Shown: positions 61,706-64,000 of the stretch, piece by piece
Position numbering within the stretch: position 1 is the stretch's first letter
Layout: each line of letters starts with the position of its first letter
Source of the DNA: Hemiscyllium ocellatum
Lineage: Eukaryota
Reading direction: 5' to 3'
Length of the DNA stretch: 64,000 bases
Assembly (NCBI RefSeq): GCF_020745735.1
Contig: NC_083408.1
Location: 64,138,484-64,202,483, forward strand
The notes under the pieces: model-generated
Databases searched by the model: none
Told to the model about the DNA's origin: nothing
What the model saw: the letters and a program-made list of their open reading frames with translations, nothing else
Translations under genes and position numbers: made by a program

Positions 61706-64000
61706 TTCTTAATCACGTTGTTCAGGTATGTTATGACAATCATCTGGAGCAGGTGTGATCAGAGCCCAGGCCTGGTGGCCTACAGGTGGGGACACTGCTA
61801 CCGCACCACAACAGGCCTCAAATTGTTTTATATTGTTTTTCGTTCCAATGTCTGCTGTTTAATTATCAACAGAAAAGCATTCCTTAAAAGTTTATAGTCT
61901 TTGCTCTCTTATTGCTACAACTATCCACTTGTCTATCAGTTAGTTCCAGTCTCGCAATGTCTGTTGAATATTTTGTCCTTTCCAGATCCTGTGCAATAAG
62001 GCTGCAAATGGACATGATCCTCCAATCAATGCTGCCTATACAGATCACAGAGCACATATCCTGTTCTGTACTTTCAGTTGGATCTTTCAATCCTGACTCT
62101 AAGAATGACACTTCAAATGCAGTGATAGCCACAGAGGAGTACAGAAGGCATGCTGAAGTCTCCAACCAGCGATTCCTTCAAAACATTTGCGGAGGGTCCA
62201 AGGAAGCACAAATCAGTTGAATATTTCAGTACCAAGCCTTGAATTCTACCATTTTAATTATTACAATCTCAATATACACCAGTAACTTTATTTTTAAAAT
62301 AATCCAAAATCCTAGTTACTGACTAAAAGAATGAAACCAAAAACTTTCATGGTTTAAAACAAAAGAATATTTACTGTACTTGAATCAAACAAAATAAACC
62401 ATAGGTAATACCTTACTTTACTACTTCTACTTTAATATCCAGAATCAACACGCTAAACACAAATTAACAGGTATATTGTACTTGATTATAAACTATAAAC
62501 TACACATTAAATGATAAATACAACTAAGGTAGATCTTACAAACTGCTTGGCAGTTCACAATATAAATCAAAGTTCTTCAATGATTTGTCTTACAAAGCAT
62601 TTCAGCTCCTCTGCTTCCAGAATGTAGTTTGCTCCCCTGCAAACCACAATGAACAGAGTTTCATGGTTATGGTCATTTGCACAAATGGCACACATCTGCG
62701 GAAACTCCTCAACTCAGTTTCAATGATACAGATTCAACATTATCTTCAAATAACAGATAGAACTGTGGCAACTATACCTGCTTATTCTCAGCTTCTGGAC
62801 TTATTCTCTGTGTACCTTCAGCTTGCCTGTGAACTTGTCAAATTCAACTATTCAGCTTTTTTTGATCAAAATACAAAGCTGGGAAAACTCAGTAGGTCTA
62901 GCTGCCTCCAAGGACAGAGAAGCAGTGAATGTTGAGTCCAGTTTGACTCTTCAAAACAGGTTTGATAATGCAGAAAAAAGATGTCAAACATAAGCTGTAT
63001 TATTTCTATAACAAAAATGTTATATACTATATTTGAATACTCACTTTGCATGAAAATTATTGACATATATTTTCTTCCAAAAAGAACAGTTTTCATTCTG
63101 TCCTCTACAATTTATGTTTGCATTTCTTAGCCAGGCCACATGATGGCATAATTGACCAAAAACAGTAAATGCATTTGCACAGTATTGCTGTATAGAAACA
63201 GCAAACCTATTTAAAAGGTTCTGCTATTTTGGTGCAAAATACATAACTTCTGATGAGATCATCACATATTTAAAATGCCTGAAAACATTAGCAATGTTTG
63301 CTTATCAAGACACTGTTTCCCCACCCTAGAAAACCTTGAACTAAATGTCTTCCTCTGCAACCCTATGACAAGTGGCAGATCTACAACAAAAAAGCTCTAG
63401 GGCCAACATGCATCTCCCAGAGGTAGATTTAATTGTGTGTCCCATTGGAAATGAATTATTAAAACTTCTTGACAAAAATCTGAAACAGCAAGCACTTTCC
63501 CCACGATGATTAGAATGAGTGAAAACAGTCAGCGTATCAAGATGAAAGGTTGCCTATAAAACACATGTTTGCCTGCCTGCAATCCCAGAAGACATATTGA
63601 GAGCAGCTGGACCAGCTGGTGTGTGGCAGAAAAATGTCAGGAATCATTTCCTGCAAACGAGGATATTACAGCGGAGGTGGAGTATGCTGGGACAATGGGA
63701 TTTTACTGAGCTGGGGGAAGGAAGCATCTACGTTGTTATGGAAATGTGCCAGAGTAATAAGAGACCTATCACCAATTATTTTATTGAGTGGCTTAAACTG
63801 GACTGTTGTCAATGGTAGGAGCATAAATTCTAATTGGTAGTAAACAGCATCAATAAAAAAGCTTAATAATTTCTATCTCCGGTGTTTATGATACACCCAT
63901 GGTAACACATTGAAACACAAAGTTAGCAATGAAGCAAAGGGCAAATGCACCAAGCATGCTAGTATTAATCAAGTATACAGAGCTTAATTGATTTGGGAAT

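Noticed and set aside
61884-62165. Minus-strand ORF ending ...KTINF, considered as a DAAM1 last exon expected from synteny
   Set aside because: Lacks the DAD-domain and basic motif of DAAM1; the resemblance is limited to the last two residues.
62594-62636. 43-nt minus-strand segment bounded by TTTGCAG and GTAAGA (GANYILEAEELKCF)
   Set aside because: Isolated, with no partner exons or recognisable homology; could be a chance pseudo-exon.

Overview
Eukaryotic genomic DNA from a vertebrate. It is very probably a shark (elasmobranch), inferred from HE1-type SINEs and abundant CR1 and Penelope-like repeats. Exons were assembled by hand from GT-AG sites and frame continuity, giving four genes in the order of the human 14q23.1 block read in reverse: the 3' end of a probable CCDC175 (+), complete JKAMP (-, 7 coding exons, 310 aa), complete L3HYPDH (+, 5 exons, 345 aa) and single-exon GPR135 (+, ~435 aa). 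JKAMP and L3HYPDH are head-to-head, with only 122 bp between their start codons. The rest is intronic or intergenic DNA dense in CR1 LINE fragments, SINEs, Penelope-like remnants with minimal hammerhead-ribozyme motifs, Tigger-like MITEs and a decayed Harbinger transposase. The main finding is that L3HYPDH encodes DRSPCGSG, with Cys from a TGT codon at 28527-28529, where the human dehydratase has DRSPTGSG. This gives a Cys/Cys active site, which predicts a (hydroxy)proline epimerase/racemase rather than a pure dehydratase. Repeat boundaries are approximate and no database searches were run.
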